A DNA stretch of 64,000 nucleotides from Patellaria atrata CBS 101060 (lineage: Eukaryota), in assembly GCA_010093705.1 (NCBI GenBank), contig MU006092.1:502623-566622 (forward strand), given 5' to 3'. The translations under genes and the position numbers were made by a program. Of this stretch, positions 1-13,044 are shown one piece after another. The notes beneath the pieces are model-generated. The model saw only the letters and a list, made by a program, of their open reading frames with translations. It did no database searches and was not told where the DNA came from. Each line of letters begins with the position of its first letter. Position 1 is the first letter of the stretch.

Positions 1-473
1 GCCTATTTCAAGTTAACTAAGCCCCAATGTATTTCATACCTCACATACCTTGACATTGGTCTCGAGGTAGTACCTTCCAGCGAGTGTTGATGACATGGTC
101 CAGGACCTGCAGGCCGAGGTCTATGAATCGTTAGTATAATCCGATTTGATGCTTTTTGCAGCGTGTTGGTACACACATTTCGTCTCCTCAATCTGAGAGT
201 CCTGTAGAATCTTGTCAACCATAAGCCAGGCATCTGGGTTCTCTTTGAACTATCGTCTACGTTAGTCGGGCGTCTGGTTGTTGCGATGCTATGAAAATAG
301 GGCGGCTGGAAGTACCTGGTTTAGCGTTGCCTGAGCTTGCTTTTGCTGGAAGAGAAATGAAGTTAGTTACTGTCCTAGGGAAATGATCTTGCTCTCTCGA
401 TACTTACTGTATCACCTCTCGCTCCATAGAAAGCGCGGACTGTGGCGTCCAGCTCTTCGATTGTAAGAGACAT
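1..473 (-). CDS. CRM1: Exportin-1 (nuclear export receptor), 5' part; runs off the window start
   Basis: Not in the ORF track. Hand-splicing four short exons gives MSLTIEELDATVRAFYGARGDT/QKQAQATLNQ/FKENPDAWLMVDKILQDSQIEETK/YLGLQVLDHVINTRWKVLPRDQCQ, the fungal Crm1/KapK N-terminus. Confidence 0.93.
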
Positions 474-1678
474 CCTGGAGGGATGGACCTTCAAGTAAGC
501 TTGTTCCCCAATCGAAAATAGTGAGCGGGCGCGTTCTAATAAAAATTATGCTTTATGCCGCGTAGTAAGAGAGATAGAAGTCCGAAGTTTGCAAGCGTTG
601 AACTGAGAATTAATTTGATGGTGGTTAACAGAGCGCGAGGTGGATTAGGTTGATAGTGGGGCACGCGAAGGCTTGGTAAGGCAACTGAATGTAGACCTGA
701 GTTAGGTGTCGATCGAAGAGCCGCACGCCCAAGATACAGGTAATCGCCGAGGGAGAAAACAAGTAGCGAACAGAAGTTCTTTACCGAACACAAGAGAAAG
801 ACGTGTGAGAAGCTTCGGTGGTGAAGAAACTGACGATACGGCTTGGTTTAGCCGTGTGACGCTTGAGTTTCCCGGCGGGTGGCTGGTAAACCGTTTTTTG
901 CCTACCTGGAAGTAAAGCCAAGTGGAGGGTCTACGTGGTAAATATTGCCTTGATCCTTTCAGAGAGTTCCTTCGATTGATTAGGCAACACTGTGTTGTTT
1001 TACTACGATATGTCTATCATAAGATTGTTGTTAGACAAATCATTCCCGACGCAATCTGCACTGTGCCGGAACCTTTGGACGCCGCCCTTCCGAATTAGGT
1101 TTGCCGAAGCTTCCCGAAGATCTCACATCCTGATCGGGCCGCAGAGAAGACTGCAAGGCAGAGCATATCCCTTTCCTTGTCACGATGAGTAATTGCACTT
1201 TTATCATACTCCTTACAGATAATACACCATATCAACTGGGCTGTCTTCACTAGGTGGGATCCTAGCTAGTTACAGCACAGCAATAGAGCTCTCTATTTTA
1301 AGCGTATTTATAGTATGGCAAGAGACAATAAGAATACATTCTTGTTAGCATCATGTAACGAGAATATCACTACCTGACCACAATATTTCCAATAATATTG
1401 TAACAATTTTGAATTGGTTGAAGATGTATCAGGACCCATAACACTAGCGACTTATTTCCATGGTTGCATTATCAGTGTAGGGATAAGGGTCATGTACCAC
1501 TCTCAATCCATTGGGGTCAAATATAACCGTCACTCTTGCTGAAAAGTACGAACGCTGTTTGTTTTCTTCAGCTCGATTTCAATATCATATCTACCCTCTT
1601 TCAAGGGTGGCTTATTGCGTATATTTTACCAATCTCTAACTATCTATAGCAAATCAGCATATTTTCCTCCCTTTAGTT

Positions 1679-4101
1679 ATGGAGAAGAATAACGCCCATA
1701 CTCCGATAGGGATAGCACAAGCTGGAAACCAATCCAATACTCAACTTGGTGAACCAAATGTCAGTTCTAGGACGTTATACACCAGAGATGAGTATCACCT
1801 CGCAACATTGGGCTACAGACAAGGTAGAATGTAAAATCCTTAATACAATGAGTTTGAATTGATCTTCCATCCTAGTTTTCTTTCGGAAGCTTGGCCTTTT
1901 CGAGAATTGGGCGGCAACCTTTGCTGTATGCATCCGTTCAATCCGTGATATTTCCATACTGATACCGCCAAGGGCATGAACTTTGTCTCTGGAATCCCCG
2001 TTCTTTTTGCATTTGCTATGTATACAGCAGGTCCTGCGGCTGCTTTCTCAAATTGGACCATGGTTGGTGGTCTTGCTTGCTTTGTCGCTTTCGCCATGGC
2101 CGAAATAGCAGCAGCTCTTCCAACAGCTGGTGGTATTTACTACTGGAGCTATCGTCTTGGAGGTCCTCGATGGGGCCCCTTTTTGAGTTGGATGACTGCA
2201 GTAGGTCTATCCACATTCGCCAACCGTCCGGTCCTGCAGACAGCAATCAAAAGCTTCTGATTCCTGAGCTAACGCGAGATGTAGTGGTGGAACTGGGCAG
2301 GATGGGTAACGTGAGTATGGATCCTCTCTGTTCATAAATCACGTAAAATAGTCTAATGTGCGTAGAATCGTTCCGGGAGTACAACAGGGAGCGACGAACT
2401 TCCTAATATCTGCGCTGGAGATCAAATATCCAAACGCGGACGTTCTAAAGAAGGGGTGGTTCGTCTGGATATTGACTTCTTTAGGAATGGTCCTTACTAT
2501 GGTTCCTAATATACAGAGTCAACGTGCCATGTAAGCGATTGGGAATATAGAGATATCCATCTTGTCCTAATATTATGTATAGACAAATTTTCTTTCGGGT
2601 CGCAATATTCATATTCTTTGCGCTTCTAATGACCTTTTGGATATGCTTCCCAATCAAGGTAACCCCAAAATTCCCTAGAATATCGTAGTATGCCCTAAGA
2701 GAACCATTATTAGGCATCTGGCAGATTTCAAACAACAGCCAACGTCTTTGACCAAACATATAACGGAATAAATCTTGGCGAAGAGAAGCAGGCTTCGGAC
2801 GCATATAGTTGGGTTATATCGGTATTATTTGTATGTTTATGTCTTATCTCTTCCCTTGACATATCTTCACTTGTCCAGATTGGCACTCGTCGGTTAGTCT
2901 AAGGTACGTTTGCTATACATCCAAATTATACCATTCGGGGGAATGATAGTTCTGCGGAGGCAAGAGATCTCATCGCTCGTACAGTTTTTAGTCGTTCGTA
3001 CCGCTTGCAGTCGCTCTTACAACGCAGTCGTCCGTACAGCTTGCAGGCTCGTACAAAATGCAGTAGTTCCTACCTTACAATAAACTTGGGGGGATTTTGT
3101 AAGCGCCACCGTAGAGTAAACCAGGAGTGTGACGACAAGGAAGAGCGGCCTTCCAAATTACGTATATCGACAGTGACTGACAATTTTTTATCGATTGTAG
3201 GGTGCATGGTGTTTCTACGGGTTCGACGCTTCCGTTCATCTGGCCGAAGAGACTCAAGACGCTTCCGAAGTCGTGGCCAAAGGGATGTGGATGTCAACAG
3301 TCTCCGCATGGCTTCTCTCGGTACCAACTCTGATCATGATTCTCTTCTGTATGCAAGACTTCGAGGGTATAATTAACGGTACATACCCCTGCCCCTTCCC
3401 TTTCATAAAATATCACAGTCTCTTAACTGATCCTAGCTCATTACACCAACAACTGGGCGGAATATCTTATCCAGTTAGTTGGTGAGGACGGCGCCGTTGC
3501 CCTTCTCGTTATGCTCTGGATCGACTCTACCTGCGCCGCCGCAACTACTTTCATGTCTGCACAACGCGTTACGTACGCCATCAGCAGAGACAATGTACTA
3601 CCGGGATCCAAGTACTTCAAAATCGTATCCCAAAAGAACCACATGCCGATAAATGCGGCGTTTCTAGTTTTCGGGATTTCGGTAATCATTTGTACGGCTG
3701 TTATTGGATCGACTGTAGCATTCTCTGCGATTACAGCCACAGCAACCATTGCGACTAACTTCAGCTATCTCTTTCCTATAGTTGCTCGCCACACAGTCGG
3801 AAAAAAGCGGTTTAAGCCGGCGAAATGGAATTTGGGACGGGCGAGTCCATATATTGCAGCCATTGCGTCGATGTGGATCTGTTTCCAGGTGGGCGTGCTC
3901 CTACTACCACAACTGTATCCTGTTACGGGGAAGACGCTGAATTACGCTCCTGTTATGATTGGAGGTGTCACGTTGATTAGCGTTGTAGGATGGTGGTTAC
4001 CCTTTGAGAAGGGAGGAAGATACTGGTTCAAAGGACCACAGAGGACTATTTCGAAGGAAGAAGTAGAAAATGGTAGAATGATGGACGAGGATGAAGATTA
4101 A
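1679..4101 (+). CDS. Amino acid/GABA/choline permease, APC superfamily, multi-exon
   Basis: Motifs LATLGYRQ, MAEIAAALPTAGGIYYWS, GAWCFYGFDASVHLAEET, RVTYAISRDNVLPGS, NYAPV and many hydrophobic helices. Confidence 0.9.
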
Positions 4102-4264
4102 GACGACGGCGTACGGAAGGAAAGGAGCTTCATAAGGAAGTAGTCTCCTATTGTACAATGATAATACATATATTTTAATAAATCGAGTCAGCGTGTCTCC
4201 AACTCCTTGCAATGCCATTTGAATTACCAACCACATATTCTTGAACCTTGAAGAGTCAGGAATG

Positions 4265-5282
4265 TTATACAGTAGCAGGTTGAGCAGTTTCGACTACTGG
4301 AGGAACCGTTATTTCAGGCCATGGTTTCTTCAGAGCGTCCTGGATTTTCACGATGCAGCCCTTCGGGCCACTCACCGCTCCTACAATTTTGTTAGTACTT
4401 CCCATCCCTTGTGGTCCACAGATAATAGCCCACCGTTTACTACTACGAGTCCATTGGGCTCATCCACCTTCAGAACCTTCAGGTTCTGAATCGTAACTCG
4501 CTTGTTACCCATTCTACCAGCCATCTTCTTTCCCGGCAACACTCTGGATCCGCTACCCTGAGAAGCCCCCGCAGAACCCATTGCCCGATGTGTGAGTGAA
4601 TTACCGTGTGAAGCAGGTTGACCACTAAAGCCCCATCGTTTCATGCCCTATCCCGAACATTGTCAGCATGACTTAATCCTTCCACCATATCCCACAATTA
4701 ACCAGCACTTACACCTGCAAATCCCATCCCTCTACTATTTGATCTCGTATCCACGAACTGTCCTTCCTTAAACCATCCAGCTGTTATAGTCTCCCCAACT
4801 CCCAGCAGTCCCTCTTTTCCCTTCACCCTGAATTCTGCAACGAATCTCTTCGGGCTCACATTTGCCTCGGTAAAGTGACCTAGTAAAGGTCTCGTTACAT
4901 TACTTGGATTCTTAGATCCAGCGCCCACCTGTACAGCAAAATAGCCATGCTTTTTCACAGTTTTATGCGCTACAACCTGTACTCTATCAAGCTGCAAGAC
5001 CGTGCAAGGTACCCGTTTTGCTGTCACTGGGTCGTATAAAGCGGTCATTCCAACCTTAGTAGCGAGTGCACCTGTTCGAGGAGGAATGGTGAATTCTTTA
5101 CGCTTCAATGCCGCTTCTGGTGTAGAAGAGAGAATGGGCAGGTCCTTTCCCGAGTTAAAGCGGTTGAAACGGGGAGGGTATATCGATTTAATGCCGCGCT
5201 TCGATTGTCTCGGTCCAATTGGACGCGGGAGGAGGAGTCGGGGAGTATGCGCGTCCCATGGCGAAGGTATTCGGGGCGGCAT
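4265..5282 (-). CDS. MRPL9: Mitochondrial ribosomal protein uL3m, 3 exons
   Basis: [49 protein letters not shown]; basic presequence-like N-terminus. Confidence 0.93.
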
Positions 5283-6354
5283 TGTTGATATCTTGGATGA
5301 AATGGAAATTTACCTCCCAGTTCGATAAGTTACAGCTTCGGGAGAGATGATCTCTTGAAACCGGGGTTTCGCCGTGCACAAAACGTGGGTGCCTCCATAT
5401 GGCTAGCTCAAATATCCCGTGACTGGTTAATTTAGCTTCGACTCATTAGCTCAAGAGCTCCCGTCCTCTTACCTCACCTCTCCCGTCACCTCTCCCATCC
5501 AACCGACCTCCATACACCCCTAAAATCTCACGGCTTTCTCCTCTTTTCGAAACGTCTATATCACGTCCTGACTTCATATCATTATATAAACAATTTGTAA
5601 ATAACCGTAAATTTAACTCTAATATGTTATTGCTGATCCAATCGCAACCTCCTCCGCAGGCCAGACGTTCATCTAATATTTACAAGGCCGGTAACAGATC
5701 CTTTGGGGTATTTCCGGCTGAAGTAATATTTGCTCTTCTTTGCTACGATTTCGAATACCGACGTATCCGCGATTTTACCAACCCTCCAGCTCTTTGGAAG
5801 CTTAAATTTTACCAAGCAATGTCATATAGTCGAACCTGGATACAACGATAGGCGTTGAGGTATCCCATAAGCTACTTCCTATATAAAAATCTGTCCTCCC
5901 TATACGGGTTTTGGTGGGGTACGTCTTACGATATCCTAGAATAGGAATTCAGGTTAGCGTTAATGCCCTACAAAAAAAGGGCTTATGCATCAATTCTATG
6001 GTTATTCCGGTGTTGTCGCTATATCTGTGTAATCTTGTATCCGGGTTCGACCGTACTTATAAATCTTCAAGAAGCTCAATTGATATTGTAGCTCCAGGAA
6101 CGTATGCGGGGTTACAGGGGAGCTGTTTATGAGCAGCCCCTGGATCAACGTCCCCCTTGCTTCAGGAGGACGGCAAATGCATGAGAAGTACCTGAATGAC
6201 ATATGATTTTGCTAAGATTCATAGATCTGGTAACGTTCTAGAGTGGTGCCTGTCACCGTAAGTTAAATGTTTTAAATTATTCCGTGTTCTTTTATATGTT
6301 AGTAGGTCTCGCTCTTTTCTCTCTGTCGTCACGGTCAATTCAGAAGGACTCATC

Positions 6355-8372
6355 ATGCCTGCTTTTTCAAGTCTCCGTCATATCTTTCGTTTCGCTCTTC
6401 TCTCTCTCATTGTCGTACCGTCAGCTGCGTCACAATGGGCAAACAATACGTATGATTATATCGTCGTCGGGTCAGGCCCTGGCGGAGGCCCCCTTGCGGC
6501 AAAAGTTGCGGAGAAAGGCTACTCAGTTCTTCTCATTGAAGCTGGGGACGATCAGGAGAATAACCTCAATGAACTTGTCGCGGCTTGGGGCGGCAATGCG
6601 TCCAATGACCCCAAAATGCGCTGGGACTTCTTTGTGAAGTATCACTCAGATCCTGCTATTAGCAATCAGTATGAACATATGACATGGCGAACTAGAGAGG
6701 GCAAGTTTTATGTCGGCCTCAATCCGCCCGCAGGTGCAGAACAATTGGGCGTTTACTATCCTCGCGCGGGTACTCTAGGTGGATGCGCTACACACAACGC
6801 CATTGCCTCAGCCCTGGGAAGCAACCGTAACTGGGACTATATTGCGGAAGTGACTGGTGATAATTCCTGGAGGTAAGACATATACACCAGAATCTTAAAA
6901 TTTAGAGCATATGCTAATGTCACGCGCATAGCCATGAAAATATGACGAAGTACTTTATGCGCTTAGAGAATAACCACTACTTACCAAAGAATACCAGTGG
7001 ACATGGCTTCAATGGATACCTCGATATCAGTTTACCTGATCCTGAACTGCTTGCCAATCAAACAGGTTTCCAGGATATGCTCAGGGCTGTGGCCAAGGTC
7101 ACAGGGCAGAATCCCGATGATATTCACAACCTTGTCCGACGCGACATCAACAACGATGCTCCTGATCACGACCAACAGACCGGCATATTCAGCTTCCCAG
7201 GCCATATGACCCCAGATGGCAGACGTGTAACTTCTGCGAACCCTATTCGTACTATAGCCCGCGCTATGGACGGTAATGGTCAGAAAAAGTACAAGCTCTC
7301 TGTACAGCTCAACTCTCTTGCGACTAGAGTCCTCTTTAGTAATTCCACCACAGGAACCAGGCCCCGTGCTATTGGTGTAGAGTTCCTTGAGGGCCAGAGC
7401 ATGTACGCTGCAGATCCTCGCTATTCTGCAAACAAGACAGGCACCCTTCGAAGTGCCTATGCTAGCAAAGAAGTTATCATCTCCGGTGGCACGTTCAACA
7501 GCCCTCAGATTCTCAAACTTAGCGGTGTCGGTCCAGCAGCCGAGCTTAAGAAATTCAACATTCCCGTCGTCGTCGATCTACCCGGTGTAGGCACTAACAT
7601 GCAAGATAACTACGAAATTGGCCACATCGCTGTTGCCTCCTCCAACTTTGCCAGTGTTGCTCCACTTTGCACATACGGTGCTCCCGGAGACCCTTGTCTC
7701 GAGATGTGGCAGCACGAAGGAAAGGGACCCTATGCCTCAGGTCCCGCAGACTCTGTCATGTACAAGACTAGCAACGCCGCTTTCGATGAGCGCGATCTTT
7801 TCATGTGGACCACACCCGGTGCATTCCGAGGTTTCTGGCCCGCGGAGAACGTCAACGATCCACGTGATTTTGCTCTCCCACCGACAACATGGGACTTCTC
7901 CATGGCGAAGATCAACCCAACCTCCCGCGCCGGTACCGTCAATCTACGCTCCGCAAACCCACGTGATGTTCCCGATATCAATTTCCGCTTCTTCGAGGAT
8001 GGTGGCGAGGCTGATCTCGCCGCCATGGAGGAGGGTTTGTTGTTCGCCCGGAAGGCCTTCGGCGCGGCTGGTGCTCCTTATGCTCCTTGGACTGAGGTTG
8101 CGCCATGCAATGGTACAACGGAATGTGATATTAAACATCATATCAGAACACAGGCATGGTCACATCACGCCACTAGCTCCTGCTCGATTGGCGGCGATGA
8201 TGATCCCATGGCCGTGTTAGATTCAAGATTCAGGGTCCGTGGGACCATGGGCTTGAGAGTCGTCGACGCGAGTGCATTCCCAAGAATTCCCGGAGCGTTC
8301 CCGGTTCTGCCGACCTTCATCCTCAGCGAGAAGGCTACTGAGGCCGTGTTGGAGGATGCAGCGGCTTTGTAG
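6355..8372 (+). CDS. Secreted GMC oxidoreductase (AA3, choline/alcohol dehydrogenase-like), 2 exons
   Basis: Signal peptide, YDYIVVGSGPGG FAD motif, RAGTLGGC, SPQILKLSGVGP, WSHHATSSC, LRVVDASAFP. Confidence 0.92.
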
Positions 8373-9604
8373 TGAGTCGAATACTAGTAAGATGGGAAAG
8401 AAAGGGGTGAACTGTTGACGCTTGGTGGAGATAAATATACATAGCAAGAAGGTTAAGGATAAAAGCGGAAATGATCACTTGGACTTTTTTATAATAGGAC
8501 TTAGAAGCATCTGTAGACGCTCCATCGACCTCGTTGTTAGGGATATAAAGGTACATATCAGAATAGTTGAGACTAAGGGTTTTTGTGAATTCACATTTTC
8601 TCGCGTTCATTGCCTCGTCAACTAGCCGGAAGCGGTAGATCATACCTAATGTCATTCAGATGGTATTCAAAAAGTTAATACAATGAACAGGATAGCTCTA
8701 CTGCGTAGAGCAAAGATGGATTTCCTTATGAAACATAGTTATAGACCAAAAAAAAAAAGATTTTAAATAAAATATGAATCATAATTAGATACTTATGAGT
8801 AAACGCTCTACAGAGTGATGGGAGGTTGGAATGACTTCACAAGTGGCCGAAGGAGGTGAGGACGGGAAAGGATGCTTGGTCCGAGCTTCGGAACCTTCCC
8901 GTCTTCAACTATCACTTCATTTTTCTTTCCTCCTGACATGTCGAGACACCGCAGCAGGTATCTACATTTTATCTCAAGTGACTACTTTAGAAGACCATCT
9001 TACGAGTCGCTTTCAAAGCCGTGATTCCCGCATCATATGCAATACGTGCAAGCACTGCGTGGCTAACGGAGCCAAATAACCACCCCAAGCAGACAGTCAT
9101 CTTTTAGTTCTACTCACCCAACAAACAGTAATCAGTATGCATATGCAGACGACAACTGGCGGGAGGACACTATTTTATTTCAGTGACTCGAGAGAATTTT
9201 TAATATGACGAATTACTATTGGGTGTCTACACCTCATTAACAATTACTGGATATGGTGAATATTACCCAGTTTGATAGTTTGCTTATTCCTGCTAAACGG
9301 GGGGTATGATCCTACTACAATACATACTTCACCGAAGGTTACTAGGATTCAAGGTTGAGTTGAAGAGGAGGCTGACAAGTTATCGCACCATATGAGCCAG
9401 GGAGCCAATTTTGCGACGATAATGTCGAACTGAAAGGCACACAGGCATACTGTTGTTGGAACTAATTACTTTCAGGGACGCTGTGTTGCTACCTTAGTTA
9501 CTTGTCTGTTCACCTATAAAGGTAAGTATGCAGTCAATCTCTTTGAGTCCTGCACTTCAGGTCTCTGCTCTTCCAGTCGTTCCGGGAAATATTTAATCTC
9601 CAGA

Positions 9605-10591
9605 ATGTTGTTCGATATACCCTTTCCCAAAGCTTTGACCACCCTGTTATATCTTCTCATCTTCTTACCTAGAATTTCTGGCATAGCTCTTCCATATTCT
9701 AGAGCTGGGAAGCCTGCAATCTCCCCTATCTACGAGTTCCCTAACGGCACCTGGGTCGAGAATATCGCCGTGCGTTCCAATGGAAATCTCCTCGTCAGCC
9801 TCATTAGCACACCGGAACTATGGGAAATCGATCCCTTCGGTCCCGATCGGCCCAAACTTCTACACGAGTTTCCCGAACGCCATGGACTTTTTGGGATCAT
9901 CGAACTCTCACCAGACATATTTGCTGTCATCACCGGCGTATTCGACCTATCTGACGTTTCATATACCCCAGGGAGTTCCGCCGTGTGGAAAGTCGTTATC
10001 AAACACGGGAAGAAAGTTTCGGTAGAGAAAATCACGGATGTGCCGGAAGCCGGCTTACTTAACGGAATGACTTTAGTTTTGAAAAATCCGCCTACTGTTC
10101 TGATGTCCGACTCAGATCTAGGAAGCATCTGGCGTCTAAACACCGAAACGAAGGAATATGCTCAAGTATTGAGCGATGAAACCATGACATGGCCTCCGGA
10201 TGTACCGTCTCCCATCGGTATCAATGGCGTCCGCAAGCTTAATGATTATGTTTACTATGTAAATTTTGTCAAAGGACTGTTTTGTCGCGTCAAAGTACGC
10301 AAAGACGGTACCGCAAAGGGCCCTTATGAGGTGATCACAGATGAACTCTCATTTCCGGATGATTTCGCTCTGATGCAGGATGGTACGGCGTACATTGCTG
10401 GGAATCCGAGTAACTCGGTCTTTCGAGTGACTCCTGGAGGAGAAGTTACTACTATAGCGGGAGGTGCCAATTCGACACTGTTCGCCAGTACAACATCAGC
10501 AGCTTTCGGTCGTACACGCAAAGATCGCGGGACTTTATATGCCGTCACCGGTGAGGGTAACGTTATCGGACTGGAGGTTAAGCGATTGTAG
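9605..10591 (+). CDS. Secreted six-bladed beta-propeller, SMP-30/gluconolactonase-like
   Basis: Intronless 328 aa; signal peptide; WVENIAVRSNG, LNGM, GINGV, PDDFAL, TSAAFGRT motifs of this fungal family. Confidence 0.8.
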   Translation: MLFDIPFPKALTTLLYLLIFLPRISGIALPYSRAGKPAISPIYEFPNGTWVENIAVRSNGNLLVSLISTPELWEIDPFGPDRPKLLHEFPERHGLFGIIELSPDIFAVITGVFDLSDVSYTPGSSAVWKVVIKHGKKVSVEKITDVPEAGLLNGMTLVLKNPPTVLMSDSDLGSIWRLNTETKEYAQVLSDETMTWPPDVPSPIGINGVRKLNDYVYYVNFVKGLFCRVKVRKDGTAKGPYEVITDELSFPDDFALMQDGTAYIAGNPSNSVFRVTPGGEVTTIAGGANSTLFASTTSAAFGRTRKDRGTLYAVTGEGNVIGLEVKRL

Positions 10592-11351
10592 TACAGATAT
10601 GAGTACCTTATCCCGCTTGTCGTGGATGTATATTGTACTGTAGACGAATTGTAGACTGTAGTTAGAATAGATCTACCGCGCAAACATGTACATAAGTACT
10701 TTACCTTGTACTTGTATCAACCTAAGTGCCATATATCCCCTGTGCCTGACAAAGTGGCGGCGCGGGGTGCTGCCCTGGCGATCGTATTGATAGACCAATC
10801 ACACTTACCGGAAGTAGAGAAATTTATAGAACTGTAAGGACCCGAAATGGTGGCGTAGTTCTATTTGTCAAGTTAGCAAACAAGCCTCCCCAGACAATAC
10901 ACCGAAGAAGAGACGATAAAAGATATTTATACTTCTATTAGAATCAATAACTGATTCTCTTATTACTGTAGAAATAGTTCAAGGTGAGAGCGAGGTCGGC
11001 AAGAATGACTCCTTCCGTGATTTATCAGTGCAGACGTTCTGGACGTGGAAATGCTGACCATATACGGCCTCTGATTGGCCGGAAGATGAACCGATACGGC
11101 ACCTCGGTGGGTCAAAGGCCTTCAAAAACTTCCACATGGCGAAAGCCGCATCCCGGATTACCTACTCACTCCCTTCAACAACAGTATCACCTCACCACCG
11201 GACTTCTTCCTCCCTTTAAACCAATTTTCCCAATTCTCATCTACATCTCTCTCATCTCAATTACAATCCTTTCTCAAGTAGGAATTCCATCTCTCGCGAG
11301 TCTGATCAGGAGCGCAACAACTGCCGATACACCTTATCTCCCACCCGTAAA

Positions 11352-12539
11352 ATGGCCGCCGCAGCTCGGTCACTTACCCGCACCGCGCTGCGCTCCTCCG
11401 CCTCTCCCCTCAAAACCGCGGCGAGACCTCAATCCCGCTTCGTACTCCCCCGTCAGTCGTTCCGCCAGCAGGGCAACCGAGGTTATGCGGACAGCGCAGC
11501 TCCCAAGTCAGGAGGCCGCGGCGGTCTAGTCCTCGGTATTGGTCTCGCAGCTTTGGGAGGTGCTACCTACTACTACTACACAAAGAACCCTGAGGCCTTT
11601 GGCGTGGCTAGTGCCAGTAACCAGAATAATCCGTTCGTACCGAAGAAGGAGGATTATCAGAAGGTGTATGATGCGGTTGCGAAAGCGTTGGAGGAACACG
11701 ATGAATATGATGATGGGAGTTATGGACCGGTCTTGTTGCGATTAGGCTGGCACGCTTCTGGGACGTGAGTAGTATCCCAATCTCCTGTTATCCCCATACC
11801 CATACTGATACGTTGACTTTGTAGCTACGACAAACAAACCAACACGGGCGGCTCCAACGGCGCAACCATGCGCTTCGCCCCCGAAGGCGACCACGGCGCC
11901 AACGCCGGCCTCAAAGCCGCCCGCGACTTCCTCGAACCCGTCAAGGCCCAGTTCCCCTGGATAACGTACTCGGACCTCTGGACGCTCGCCGCCGTCTGCG
12001 CCATCCAAGAGATGCAAGGCCCCAAGATCCCCTGGCGACCCGGCCGCACCGACCGCGACGTGAGCTACTGCACGCCCGACGGCCGCCTCCCAGACGGCAG
12101 CAAAGAGCACTCCCACCTCCGCGCCATCTTCGGCCGCATGGGCTTCAATGACCAAGAGATCGTCGCGCTCTCCGGCGCCCACGCCCTCGGCCGCTGCCAC
12201 ACCGACCGCTCCGGCTTCGACGGCCCTTGGACTTTCTCCCCCACCACCCTCACGAACGACTACTTCAAGCTCCTCCTCGACGAGAAGTGGCAGTGGCGCA
12301 AATGGGACGGACCCAAGCAGTTCCAGGACGTCAAGAGCAAGAGCCTCATGATGCTGCCGACGGATATGGCACTCATTAAGGATAAGAGCTTCAGGAAGAC
12401 GGTGGAGAGATACGCGAGGGATAATGAGGCTTTTTTCAAAGACTTTTCGGACGTCGTTATGAGGCTCTTTGAGCTCGGCGTACCGTTTGCCAGTAGCGAG
12501 GGCGATAGAATCACGTTTAGGAGCTCGTTTGATGAGTAG
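11352..12539 (+). CDS. CCP1: Mitochondrial cytochrome c peroxidase, 2 exons
   Basis: Presequence plus TM sorting signal, [39 protein letters not shown]. Confidence 0.96.
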
Positions 12540-13044
12540 GGTTGTGTCTGGCGGGGTTGGCGGTTTGAGGAGGAAAGGGGGAAGTGGAGGTGGTGCAGGT
12601 AAGAGGTTCAGCAAGAGAGAGATGAGAGGTAGGATGGGGTCTATGTGGTAATCATGTTCATCTTCCCATTCGTTGTTGCCTTAGACTTCCGGATATCCAG
12701 TAGATCGTGCCTTTTTCCCATTTCGTTTTCACATGTCTGCATTACAGATAAGTAGAGATTTTCCCGGCTTCAGTCGATTGTTCTTACTGAGAGTTTTGGC
12801 TTTTTTTGGTGTATATTAGCGTTAATAAGCATAAGGATCAAATTTGCAACAACTCACGTGGTCATTTCTACGAAAAGTCATCGGAAAGGAGATATGAGAC
12901 GGTATAACTCGCTTTCCGAGAGTATGAATCCCCCACAACATCACCCATCAAAATACTTACTTCCCCCTCTACTCAACTTATACAACTCCGTCATTTCCAC
13001 CCATACATATCCCACGCCTTTTCCCACATCTCAGGCTTCCACCC

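Noticed and set aside
10577..10591. C-terminal KRL as a peroxisomal signal on the beta-propeller
   Set aside because: Poor PTS1 match and the protein has an N-terminal signal peptide.
11742..12614. 290-aa antisense ORF over CCP1, and similar shadow ORFs over MET6, GMC, RNR1 and ACO2
   Set aside because: Expected by-product of codon bias on the sense strand; no recognisable motifs.
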